The notes beneath the pieces are model-generated. The model did no database searches. It was not told where the DNA came from and worked only from the letters and a program-made list of their open reading frames with translations. The position numbers were made by a program, and so were the translations under genes. Below, in pieces: positions 51,794 to 64,000 of a stretch of 64,000 bases of DNA (within the stretch, counting starts at the first letter, position 1; every line of letters starts with the position of its first letter). The stretch lies in NCBI GenBank assembly GCA_021613535.1, contig CP075492.1:10726001-10790000 (forward strand). Direction: 5' to 3'. This DNA is from Adineta vaga. Taxonomy: Eukaryota > Animalia > Rotifera.

Positions 51794-54400
51794 ATGGAAA
51801 GTAAGAACATCAAATGATACAAGATGATCGAAGTTGACATCTGTTCTCTTGTACTGTAGAATATCGAATACTCGGGAAAAAAGGTGAAGGAACATTTTCC
51901 GAAGTATTAAAATGTCAAAATGTTCGCGATGGAACATTCTGGGCAGCGAAAAAGATGAAACAAGTGTATAAAAGGTAAGAAAATTCATAAAAGAATTTGT
52001 TTTTGAAAATATACAGACAGAGATTTCATTACAACATCATATGCTTACCATATATTTGTTTGTTTTTCATTCTGTCATTGACAAGGTCATCTTCATAACA
52101 AGCAGTCTAGTGTTTACAAAACAAAATCTTACTTCTTTAACTTTGAACAAGAAAATAGTATCGTTTTTATAACTTTTCAGTATGGATGAAATTCAACAAA
52201 TTCGTGAAATACGTATTTTGAAACAATTGAATGGTCATCCAAATATAATCTTTCTACGTGAAATTATCTTGTAAGTTTATCATTCTTATCCTGTTTTCTC
52301 TGTGAATATGATTTCAATGTTACCTAGCGATAAACGATCAGGAATTTTATGTTTAATATTTGAATTAATGAATTTGAATTTGTACGAATATATTCGTGGC
52401 CGACAACGGTTATTATCAAGTGAAATTGTATGCAAATTTATGTATCAATTACTTAAAGCTCTCGAGTTTTTGCACAGGTATTTGATCGAATAAAAATTAG
52501 TTTCTCAAGAATATGTATTCTTTTCTTTTCTCATTCTTAGACATACTTATTTTCATCGTGACGTAAGCGTACAGAAAAAGAAAAGATATCGATGAAATCT
52601 AAAGAAACATTTTCTGTTGCTAGGTGAAACCAGAAAACATTCTAATCAAAGATGATATTTTAAAACTAGCTGATTTTGGATCATGTCGACAAACTCTATC
52701 AAAACAACCATTTACTGAATACATCTCAACTCGATGGTGAATAGAAGATATCCTTTCTTATGTCTAATTTCATTTTTCTACTTCATAAAGGTATCGAGCA
52801 CCGGAATGTTTACTTACCGATGGATATTATCGAAGTCAAATGGATATTTGGTCTGCTGGTAAATGACTAAGTTTTTCATCGTTTATTTGTTAGTATTATT
52901 TCATTTCTATTCAAGGTTGTGTTATGTATGAAATCATTACGTTGAAACCATTATTTCCTGGTAGTAACGAAATTGATCAGATTAGTAGAATTCATGAAAT
53001 ATTGGGTACACCGTCTGCTACTGTACTTGATAAATTTCAACAGTAAGTCGTTTTTTCTTTCTTAATTGAGTTTTGCCGGAGAGAAAAATGTCTCGGTAAA
53101 CATTGTTGCTTCTTTGCAGCATTACACTTATCTGAATAGTGAAAAAAACATTTTGACTTGATTTTTTCATGACAGTTACCTATTGAATCACCATACAGTT
53201 AAAGAAAATTATGTTCACAGACGCTACTATACATATTTAATTGAATATATAAATGTACATAGATGATCATAATATTTTGATTTTATCATAAAAAGTTCAA
53301 AATATTCTAGGTAATATGTTCTTTTTATCTATAGTCGTAACTCCGCTATCGATTTCAATTTTCCTCCTCGTGCCGGTACTGGTATTGCTCGACATCTCAC
53401 ACACTGTTCAACAGATACTGTTGAACTTATCAATCATCTATGCATTTATGATCCTGATCAACGCATATCTGCTGTTCAAGCACTTCGACATCCATATTTT
53501 GATACTGTTCGGTAAATATAAATCAAATTATAAATGATATATTTCTCGTTTGTGAATAGAGCACAAGAAGTTGTTCAATTGCAAGAACAGCAAAATAATC
53601 AATTGGAAAATGGAGTTCGTCTAGTAAAAACAAGTGAAGATCGATATGAACGATCTGATTCTAGTGACAGTAAATCTAATGCAGCAGATGAAAATATATC
53701 TCCAAGATCCAATCCACATCTCTCTCCATCATTCCATCCATCACAAACTACCAGACCTGATGTGAACAGAGTATTTCTTCATCTTTTTTTTCTCAATTTC
53801 TTCTTACAAACATTATTTTTATTTTCTAGTTGATTTATGTTCCAGGAAAAACTCAGTCATTAGTTGATACTGGTATTAAAGGACAATCGATTAAAAAAAC
53901 AATAAAACCATATCCTACAAATACGAAAATGAAATATACGCATTCCAATCCTCCTCAACTACATACAAATCAAGCACAAACATTTTACAATAGTTTATCA
54001 TCATTAGGAGCAAATCATTCACATTATCAAACACAAGCAAATAGAAAAACAACAAAAAATGGTCCTACACCTTTTCTACCATCTGTATCGGGTGCTTCTG
54101 CCTTTTCGAATTATTCAGTAAATAGTGGTCCTTCTGCATCCATAGTCACCAAAGTAAATAACAAACCAGAATCGTATCGTTTGAGATGAAAGATTGAAGT
54201 TGAGATTTTTAAAAAAGACGATCATTATATAAGTAATCTCTTCTCAATGTTTAACATTGACCTTCAGAATTCTGTTTATATATGGAAGAATATCTATCTG
54301 ATGACAATCAATCTTTTCTTTTTCGTTTTAGAATTCTTATCCAACAAAGAATCTGGTTGGCTACTATCCAATAATGTCCTATCGACCGTATAAAAAATAA
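51794..54400 (+). CDS. MOK: MAPK/MAK/MRK-overlapping kinase
   Basis: ME|[64 protein letters not shown]; choice of last exon less certain. Confidence 0.9.
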
Positions 54401-54774
54401 CTTTTACAAACATTTCTTGTACTATGAATGTTTATATCAAATCTTGTACATTAACATTTCATTGATTTTTGCTTTATCTGTTCATCTCTCTTTCGCTTAT
54501 TGACTTGACATATTCTAGACGAAGAATTTTTTAAAAAGAAAAATATCGAAGAACATCTAACTAATTACTGATAAAATTCGATTTGTTTATATCAATCATT
54601 TTTATGACAGAAAAGAAGAAGAAAAAAAAAGAAATATTCTGAATAAAAGTTTAACTACAGAAGCAGGAACAAGAGAGATATGCACATGAGTTAAAAATTA
54701 TGACACTGTTCAGCGCGTAATCATCGACTAGAGATTTGCATGTAATAATATATTAGTTTGAGAATAACTATGAT

Positions 54775-57700
54775 TTATGATGATTGAAAATTTTTAAAGT
54801 CAATACGAAGAGGAAGTGAAGGTGCTTGTGATGGTGAATTCATTGATGAATGATATGATTTAGATAGATAATTGGGTTCTTTTTCATCTTTCTGTTGTTG
54901 TTTCAATTGTTGCTGACGACGAATTGCATTTTCAAGTTTTGTTCGAAGATCAGGTAATGTTTGAAGAATGACACGAATTTCATTCGAATAGATTGGTATT
55001 AAATGTTGTATACGATCAGTTATATCACTTATTAAACGCATATTTGAATTCGTCGATTGTGCAACAGGATCAGGAAGAAAATTAATAAATAATGGAATGA
55101 TCAAGGATGCTAAACGTATACCTGAAAATATACGAAAAAAATTACAAGAATAAGTTTAATTTGAAAATACATACGTAATGTTGAGTCGACTACTGCTAAC
55201 AATGTTTCAAAATTCTTCAAAATTTCCATAATAATTTGTTGTTGTTGTTGATTTTCATTGTGTTTTTTCAATTCGTCTAATAATAATGTTGTAAATATTT
55301 GTATAAATTGATTTCGTATAGAAATATTTGAACATTGAAATAATTGATTGAGACATTGAAGAACACGAATATGAGTCTAAATGAAATAATAATAATAATA
55401 ATAATAATAAAAGTTTTCTTTTGACAATTAAAAAAATATCTTTACTTCAGAATCTTCATCATCAAATGCTTTACGATAGAAATCGATACATTGATCTGTT
55501 AATTGAATTGATGGTGAATTAATAATTAATGATGTTAAACTTTGAACAAAATGTCCATTATCAGAAATATTCTTATCGATAACTAGAATGACAATAGAAT
55601 ATGTCGATTAGTTTTATGAGAAAACATTTACTTACGATTAGTTCTGAAATTAATAATAGTTACTATTGTACAGTACAGAATATCTTTATCAATTGTTGTT
55701 GAAAAAATATTTTCAAGAAATTGATTAATTGCTGATAATAATTGCTTTTGTTTATCATTTTTAGTTGAAAGAAGAACAAAACTTGTCGATAATAATAATT
55801 GCAAAATCACAGGAATCAATGCTTGAAGACCTACATCAATATTTCAAATTCTTTCATTTTTCAATAGACGAGAAAAACGGAAACAAATTTACCTTCCGTT
55901 GTTGTACAAAGAGTAATTAATTCACTAAGAAGTTTAACATTCGCTAAAAATAATTCATTGATTTGTTGATTGTCAGTATTTGTTTTCATTGAAAGTTTCA
56001 TTTGAAAAATGGGGCCTAGTTGTAAATCACCAGCAATATTTGGATAATAACTGATGAGAACACAAATCAATAATTCTAATGAAGCAAATAGAAATGATTC
56101 GCCAGGTACAAGATGATCTTCAGCAGCAATAGTAGTTATTTGAGAACAGGATGGTACAATGTGAAAGATTTTATCGACTATTTTCAAGATTCGAAGATGA
56201 GTTTTTAAATCAGTACGAACAAAATATAAGCTAAAAGGAAAGAAACAACAATATTCTTCGAAAATCTTTATCATGAACGCTTATTGTCATCATTACCGAT
56301 GAAGTACATTGAGTATTTCAATACAAACAGGCATTGTCAATTGATTAAGAGTTATTTCTGCTTGTAATAAATTAACTAACGATGATAAAATATCTTCAAC
56401 TGTTTCATCTGTTTGTTCAGACACAGATATGGACAAAGCTTCAATACAACAACCTAATAACATTGCAAATATGTCTTCTTTCTTTTCAGGAAATGTTCGT
56501 ATTTTATTGGATAATGTCGATGTAATAAATTTTGTCATTAGACTATCTCGTTGTCGATATCCAATTAATTTTTGATTAGCTGCTAATGTTTCAAGTTCAT
56601 AATGATGTTCACCAAGCCATTGAGTTGTTGCTTGCACAATTGATGCCCAATTCGCTTTATATATTGTTCGTGTTAGATCAATATTTGATTCTGCTGAATA
56701 AAAATTTCCTCCATGAGAATTGTCATCGGCACTACTACCACCAAATTCATTTGGTAAAATTAGAAATGCATAATCCGTTAATGCAGCAAGCCAATGATGT
56801 ATAAGAACATTCAATTCTGGTTGTACAAGAATGAGTAAATTACTATTTGGACTATTTTTTTCTTCATTTTGTCGTCGTGTCGCAACATTGTATACGTCAG
56901 CCCAGGCTCGAAGAACTGCTAAATTTTCAATTGTCAAAGCATTTTCACTATAGATCATTGATACATCATTTTTATGTTGTTGAAGTGAAGTAAATTTTTG
57001 TAAGGATGATACTAATAATTGATGTACACGTCGAAGATCATTTAAATCATGTGCAACACCACTCGATATCCATGTACTACATACATCACAGGCTTGTGCC
57101 GTAACATGAGATGATGTATCTTGAGAGAAAGCTGGTCGTAATGCAGCACCTACTTGAGCTTGATATTGTTCAAGGATAACATGATCAGGTAGATCGATAT
57201 CTTCTTGAACATGAGAAAATTTTAGAATAATCTGTTTTAATAATGATAAACCAGATAAACGTAATTGATCACTAGTCGATGTACAGGACATAAATGAAAA
57301 TGTAATTAAAGTATTTAAATGTACGACAAGATAATCTTCATTGGGATGTGTACGAAGACGTTCTTTAGCAGCTATGTAATCGAAATGAAGATTTGCTAAA
57401 GGTATTTGTTCGCAATAATTTATTAATTTTTGTACACAATCAGCAGCAAAGACTTTTGTTGGCCATTTAGCTGATGATGTTGCACGACGAATAACATTTT
57501 GATTTGAAGATGTTTGTAGTTGTTCATCACCACCAGTATCAGCAAAATCATTATCATCATCTTGTAAACCAAAACTATCTTCATCATCATCATCATTATT
57601 GTTAGCTGCTGCACGTGAAGATGATTTAGAATATGATGTTGTGCCTGATGATGCACCAGAAGATTTCTTTTGTGATTGATCAGTTTCAGATGCTGGTCCT

Positions 57701-60700
57701 GTACCTGATGTTTCTGTATAGAAGATGAAAAAGAGATCATGATTAGTCTTTCTTTTTCCCATTCTAGAATTACCTGTTGTTGCTGCAAGAACATCTTTAC
57801 ATAATTGTAACCAATGCGTTAAATGACTTGCTCCTAATGCTTGTAGCATATAAACGAGTGTATCTTGTACATGTGAACATAATTTTGCATCTGCTTCAGT
57901 ATCTAACATTGAAAATAGCAATTCTAAAAGAAAATCATTGTTAAAATAGTGTTGAATAGAATCAAACTTTCTTTCTTTTTTACCTTCAAGACTTCGAAAT
58001 TCTGAAAGTTCATGTGTTAAATCTTGTGCTCGATCTTTCATAAATAATCTAGCATGTTCACTAACTTCTTTTGCTTCTCGTTGTGATAATTGTCTCAAAC
58101 ACGAAATACATGCACGTCGTAAGGATAAATCTCGACTTTTTAATGCTTTAATTAATTCAGGTACTAATGCTGATAAATTGACATGTCGTGGCGCAAATAA
58201 ATGTAATTGTTGTAAAGCCTGAATTGCTTCGGATTGAACAATAGGTTCAATATGCATTTGTAAAAGACTACTTGCTGTTAAACAAGATGAACGTAATATT
58301 GATATATAGTTTGTATTTGTTTGTAGTTCAGGACCAATTGTTGTAATTAAAGCACCAAGTAAACGTCCACAACATTGAAATACATCCGATTGTGAAGGTG
58401 GAATTGATAGCAGAAGATGTAAAATTAGTGCTAGACTTGGTTCCACATATGAACGAAACATTTGTCCACCACAATCAGCAATTAAAGCTAAAGCATGTAA
58501 TGCCCATACTTGAACAATGGATGCTGCTTGATCTTGTGCCAATGCAAGTAATATTGATACAGATAAATTTAAATATTGTCCAGTACTCATTCCACCAACA
58601 TACCGATGTAAACAACCAAGTGCTAGTGAATAACCTGTACGAGATGGTACATCACGTAATTCTTTCAAACGATCAAAACATATTTGAGCAATTTCTGCAA
58701 CAAATCGTCCATCGCCAACAACTTGTGTTAAACGACCCAGTGCTTCACCAGCTGCACAACGTAAAATTGGATTTTGATGACTTAATGTTTGCATGACAAG
58801 TGTACATGCAGATTTCTTGACATTTTCATCATCAATAGCTGACGATTGTTTTGTTTCAGCTAAGATTTTCAATGCCGTTAGAACAGCTGTAAATATATTC
58901 ACTTGAACAGCTTCTTGTCGTGGACCTTTCGATTGTTTGATTATATCAATAAAATGTTGTAACATATTTAAACGATGTTTATTTGGTACACGAATAAACA
59001 TCGTACCATAGAGAAGTATTGATGCATCAATAACAGCAACACCTAATGGTAATGGACCGGGAACATTTATTTCAGCGGGTCGTGAATAATATGCATTGCT
59101 AGAATTATTATCGGCTGTTGATGATGAACGGAAGAGATAATTGATTATATTAAATGAAGTTAAAGATGTATCACGTCGATAAAGATACGTTTCATCATGT
59201 TCAAGTGCACCTGAGCCACTTGCTGAATTTGGTTGAAGTTGTTCTTCAATCATCTGATAATCAGTTTCTTGAAGCCAATTACCTACAAACACAGAAAGGA
59301 ATACTAATACGAAAAAACGACAAAATGTCTTTTGTTCTTACCAAGTAAAACACTATCATTATCATGACAAACGGATCGAAGTAGAGAAGTTGTTGTATTT
59401 GATGAATTGTCGGTTAATGTAAATTCTGCCACTAATTCTCTTAATAAAACTTTAAAATGTTGTTCATAAAATTTGATTGGTATCAATAGAAGAAGTTCAT
59501 AGAGACGTAAACGAAACATGGCTGTTGATGCTTTTAATTGTGGACCAAATTGTTTGATCAGATTTGGTATATGAACAAGAACAAGAATCGCATTTTCAAT
59601 TGGATTTAACATACGTTTAAGTAAATCATCGGTTATTAAATTTTCATCACCTGTTGAACAATTGTTTAGAAATGATATCATCGAACAAAGTGCACCTGAA
59701 CGTTGATTAAATGAAAGTGTCCATGTAAATGAATCACCACGTTGTTTTTCTTGTTCAAAATCGGCTTGTGATCGAGGAAAGACATTACGCCAGAGAAGAA
59801 CTAAACGTGGAACAAATTTCTTTATCACCTGTTGACCAAGTGTACAACATGCAGCAAGTAAATGCCAAGCTGTATGAGTACGTTGAAGTATAACACGTGG
59901 AATCAATGATTGTTGTTGACCAGCAGTAGAAACTGTTGCTGTTCGAAGAAGATCATCAGCAAAATCAAAGATCGTTTTAGCACGTTGCGATGGAATACCT
60001 ATGAAAAATAGAACAAATACATCACATATCATCTTTTTCTATGATGTTTATTGAATGCAGTACAAATTTGATTAGTCGATGATTCAATATCGATCAATAA
60101 AAAATAACAAAATCGCTTTTGTTTTTATTGTCAATAATAGTACAACTCAATTACTTTTTCTTTTTTCTATTTCTGACATATCTCTAACGAAAATGTCAAA
60201 GTAATTTTTTTCCAATTACGAATCTATTGAATTATTTAACTAACCTAATGGACATCGATAAACAGCTCCAAGTAAAGCTTGTAATGCCATTGCAAATCCT
60301 GACATCGCATCGGTATTGTATGAAGTTGATTGTTTAGCTAGACTCTTCATTTTTTCTAAACATCGATCAATTAATGGTGTCATTAATGATGGTAAAGCTG
60401 TTGTTATTGAACGAAGACACCATGCTGCTGATAATCGAACTGAATGTGATGGATTAAGAATAACTAAGAATAATGTATCAATCAATCCATTACAACTATC
60501 TTGTAGCAATAATGTTGTGGATGTTCCAATACTTTGAACTAATAAACTTAGTTCATGTAAAGCACAAATGAGTATATGTTGAGTATATTCTAAATTTGAT
60601 GATGATGATTCAAATGTACTAGTTGATGATGATCCATATGATTGTATCATGGAATTTGTACTAGAATTAAGTGATGATGAACCTGTGGAAATATTTAATT

Positions 60701-62225
60701 CATTCATCGATGTTGGTGAAGTCGTCGAAGTGGGTTGTAATAATTGTGGATTTGTATATTTTGTAATAATTGTTGTTAGTTCTTTAGCAGCTGCAAATTG
60801 AGCTTTTTCACCTAGACGAGAACCAATTACTGAACGAAGAATAAATGCAATACATTTGCGTGAATAAACAGCATCAACATGTGATGTTGATGCTCGAGGA
60901 TTTCCAGCTAATTCAAGAACATGATTAATAAATAGTGATAAGTTTTGTTCGATCCATGATGTGCCAAGTACAAGAGCTAATTCGACATAAGTCTATAAAA
61001 TACATCAAAACAAATGAACAATTCATTCTTTTTTTCAAAAATCTTACATGAGTAACACCAATACGTATTTCACGTTGAACCGTTGTCGGTCCTTTGATTC
61101 GTTCAGTTGTATTTGATTTTAAAAAGCCGATATTTCCTCGTAGAAAACCACCAGCAAGATAATTTAGTATATCTTCACTTTTGATTTTCTTCGCATTTGC
61201 AGTGTTTGTACTTGATTTATTCATCGTACCTAAAAATGAAATTGAGTTTTTAAATGACATCACTTTCTTTCAGTTCATTGATAGTTTTACTTTGGCTTAG
61301 ATTTGACGTGACATCTTGAGTGGCAGCTAATAAAGCTGCTAAATATTTTGCTATAGAACATCGAACTTCATAATTTGAACCATCAAGTGCTCGAAAAGCT
61401 AATGTTACATTTCCTTCTAATTCTGTTGTATACATAGCATTATTTTGATTGATTAAAGCAATAAGACACTAGTGAAAATAAAGGATTAGATAGAGAGAAA
61501 AAAAGATTAGCTAGTAATACCATTGCAGCAGCCGATCGAACAGGCATTGCTCGATCACATATATGAGTTTTAGCAACTTTTAATATTTCTCGATGGATAT
61601 TATTACCGGCAGAACCAAGTCCATTGACAATGCGTTCCAATGTAAACATGATTTCAAAACGCATTTGAGAATCACCATTTTTTAATGTTTTCAATAATAA
61701 TTGAATAGTTTCTTCATAAGAACGACCTACTAAACGACCAAGACGTTCGTAAAGTGCACCAATCACAACTACTGTAGCTCTAGAAAAAGAAATTCATTAT
61801 TGTTTTTGAAATTCAAATTAGTTCGTGTTCAACTTACAATTTTGCGACTTCATCTTTAGATTTCAATGTATCATTACAACGATTAACTGTATTAAACAAT
61901 GGAAATGGATCTCCTACACTAAACACAGTTGCTAAATTTCGACCAATTAAAGTTCGTATAGGTGGTCCAGGTCCATATTGAACTTGTTGCATAAGTTGTT
62001 CAACAATTCGTGGTTGACATTCACGAATATCATTCTAAGAAATTGAAACACATTATTCGATAGAATACAAAAACAAAAAGCTGTTTTTTCTATTACTTTT
62101 TGAGCAGCAGCAAGTACTTTATTTAGAAAACAAAGCCATTCATAGATGAATACAGGTCGTTTATTTTCAGGCAAACTTTTAAGTGCTTCTTCATTTAAAA
62201 TTAAACTTTGAGCAAGTTCAAGCAT
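54775..62225 (-). CDS. HEATR5B: HEAT repeat-containing protein 5 (HEATR5A/B, Laa1 homologue)
   Basis: [15 protein letters not shown]...[10 protein letters not shown]; [14 protein letters not shown]; [21 protein letters not shown]. Splice phases checked consistent throughout. Confidence 0.95.
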
Positions 62226-62550
62226 CGATCTAGAAACGAAATTAAGTTGTCACTATGATCAGAATAGACAAATGAGATTATCGAACATCTTCTTTTCTCA
62301 CTCGATGGATAGTTTAGCAGAATGGAAGAAAAAAGATGCTTTGAGAGATGTGACAACAGTCTCAATAAATACTCATCTTCTTAGAAAAATGTAGACAAAA
62401 ATAAATAGCCGAGAAATGGTCTTTTATCGTAACGATTTTTCTTTCCTTCCTTCCGCTATGTTTTTTTTGTTGTATGTATTAGTCAGTTGTGTGAACTGAG
62501 CTCTAGCAGATAGGTTTTTCTTTTTTTTTCTTCTCTTTTTTGTTGTTCTA

Positions 62551-62576
62551 CCAATAGGAACAGCCGAACAACCAAT
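62551..62576. promoter_or_regulatory. Two CCAAT boxes upstream of HEATR5
   Basis: CCAAT at 62551 and 62572, 21 bp apart (about two helical turns). Confidence 0.35.
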
Positions 62577-63434
62577 AGCAGACGTCGATGAAAACAAATG
62601 AATACTAACGTCATCTTTTCAATATCATGAAGACAAGTGTATATTCTCGTTCTCGTTGTAAAACAAAAATACGTGCACTGTGTAGAAACAACGGCGCAAA
62701 TTACAGCGTGATATCGTTCGATTGATGGGTTAATAATGATATTTTCAAGCTCAGATCATTATATTAATGATCAATTATGTTCAACTTAAGTAAATGTATC
62801 GAATTGATCAAAACAAAACTGAAACTACAACATGTGTCGAGTGTTTTATTTATAGGAAACTAATCATATGGTGATAATTTCTTTGTCTATTGATAATGAT
62901 TTGTATAGAATTAGAACGATATTCATCTGAGATACTTTCTCCAACTTAGAGAATCAGTAGAACAATCGATAGATATAGATTGAATACAGATAGTGTAACT
63001 TTAAAGTATCTGAAGAAAAGAAAATTCTGTTCATGTCATTTCTATGATGCATTCTTTGGATAATTACAACCATTTTTTATGATTTATTTGTGCATAGATA
63101 TGCGTGTGTCAAACATATTGTCATAAATATCTTCTATCTGTATACTTTGCAATTTTCTTAAGGAAAAAAGAACGTCTTATTTTACATATATAATAATCAA
63201 TAGCTCTATATATAGTATAAGACGTAAATGCTATCATTTTTCTTCTTCGACAAGAAAAAATGTTTATCATTGCTTCTTTCATCTTCAGTTTCGTTTGACA
63301 TACGGTGAAAGAAATCTGATCCATCATTTCATGAAACCTAGAATGAGTTAGTCTATATGTTGTACCGTATTAATCGAGAGATAATACTGAACTTTTGATT
63401 TCATTTATTTTGACGCGAAAGAAAAAACACTTGA

Positions 63435-64000
63435 TTAAATAAGGGCAGCAGTATCAAATGAACTGAAACTATCTGGTAGTTGATGATTTCGAAATATTTC
63501 TTGTTTATTTCTGACTGTTACTGCTCCGTGTAATGATGAACTATGTTGAGAAATGGCTGCAATAGATTTCGTTTTTGAATGAATAGAAACACTTTCTGGT
63601 TCTAAATGTCGTTGTAATTGTTCATAATAGAGTGTTCGCATATTTTCAATACTAGCTCGTTCATCTGCCTAGAAAATAAAATAAAGAGAAATAGTTTTTC
63701 ACTTAAATACTACAGATTTCTTACTGTTTGAATAAGTCGTGTGACTAGAACACGTGAACTATCTGTCATTTTTCTTGAATAATTTGATTGTTGAGCTAAA
63801 CGTTCTTTTCGAGAAACGGATTGTTCAACAATTAACATGATTTTTGCCCATTGTCGTAACCATTCTTTTTTACGTTCATTCACCATCGCATATGTGTTAC
63901 CCATCACTAAATAAAACTTAATGTATCAAAACGAAATAAATATAGATGCTGTAGCATACTAGCGATCAACATATTCACCAGAAGTACAGCTGCCATAATG
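63435..64000 (-). CDS. TRPV channel, nanchung/OCR-like, 3' portion only
   Basis: S6 LLVNMLIA|MMGNTY, TRP box EWLRQWAKIMLIVEQ, RLAQQSNYSRKM. Confidence 0.88.

Noticed and set aside
56586-59348. Antisense and alternative-frame ORFs over HEATR5 (and similar ones over NPHP1, AP2M1, USP)
   Set aside because: By-products of codon bias in the real coding frame

Overview
AT-rich, gene-dense animal genomic DNA with short (about 50-65 bp) GT-AG introns. The gene families point to a bdelloid rotifer (Adineta/Rotaria-like); this is an inference. Conserved metazoan genes are CUL4, NPHP1, AP2M1, a USP4/11/15-type deubiquitinase, a PARN-like nuclease, CCDC81, CK1-gamma, serine racemase, NK7, LRRC23, a delta-type protocadherin, PSAT1, DYNC2LI1, MOK, HEATR5 and the 3' end of a nanchung/OCR-type TRPV channel, plus a tRNA-Gly(GCC). 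A lineage-specific block at about 17-23 kb interrupts them. Its most notable gene has an intronless CDS fusing a receiver-like alpha/beta domain, an R-S-ExE ADP-ribosyltransferase and five 126-bp TPR units. The units differ only at non-synonymous sites and appear shuffled by recombination, as in a diversifying sensor-effector (NLR-like) immune receptor. Next to it lie an intronless, probably horizontally acquired nitrilase, a double-HMG gene and a kinase-only Mps1-like gene. Other signals: an orphan 84-nt leucine-rich-repeat exon, RFX X-boxes upstream of ciliary genes, three apparent 1-bp deletions in otherwise intact genes, and a PARN lacking R3H and cap-binding residues. Exon structures were read by eye and no database searches were run.
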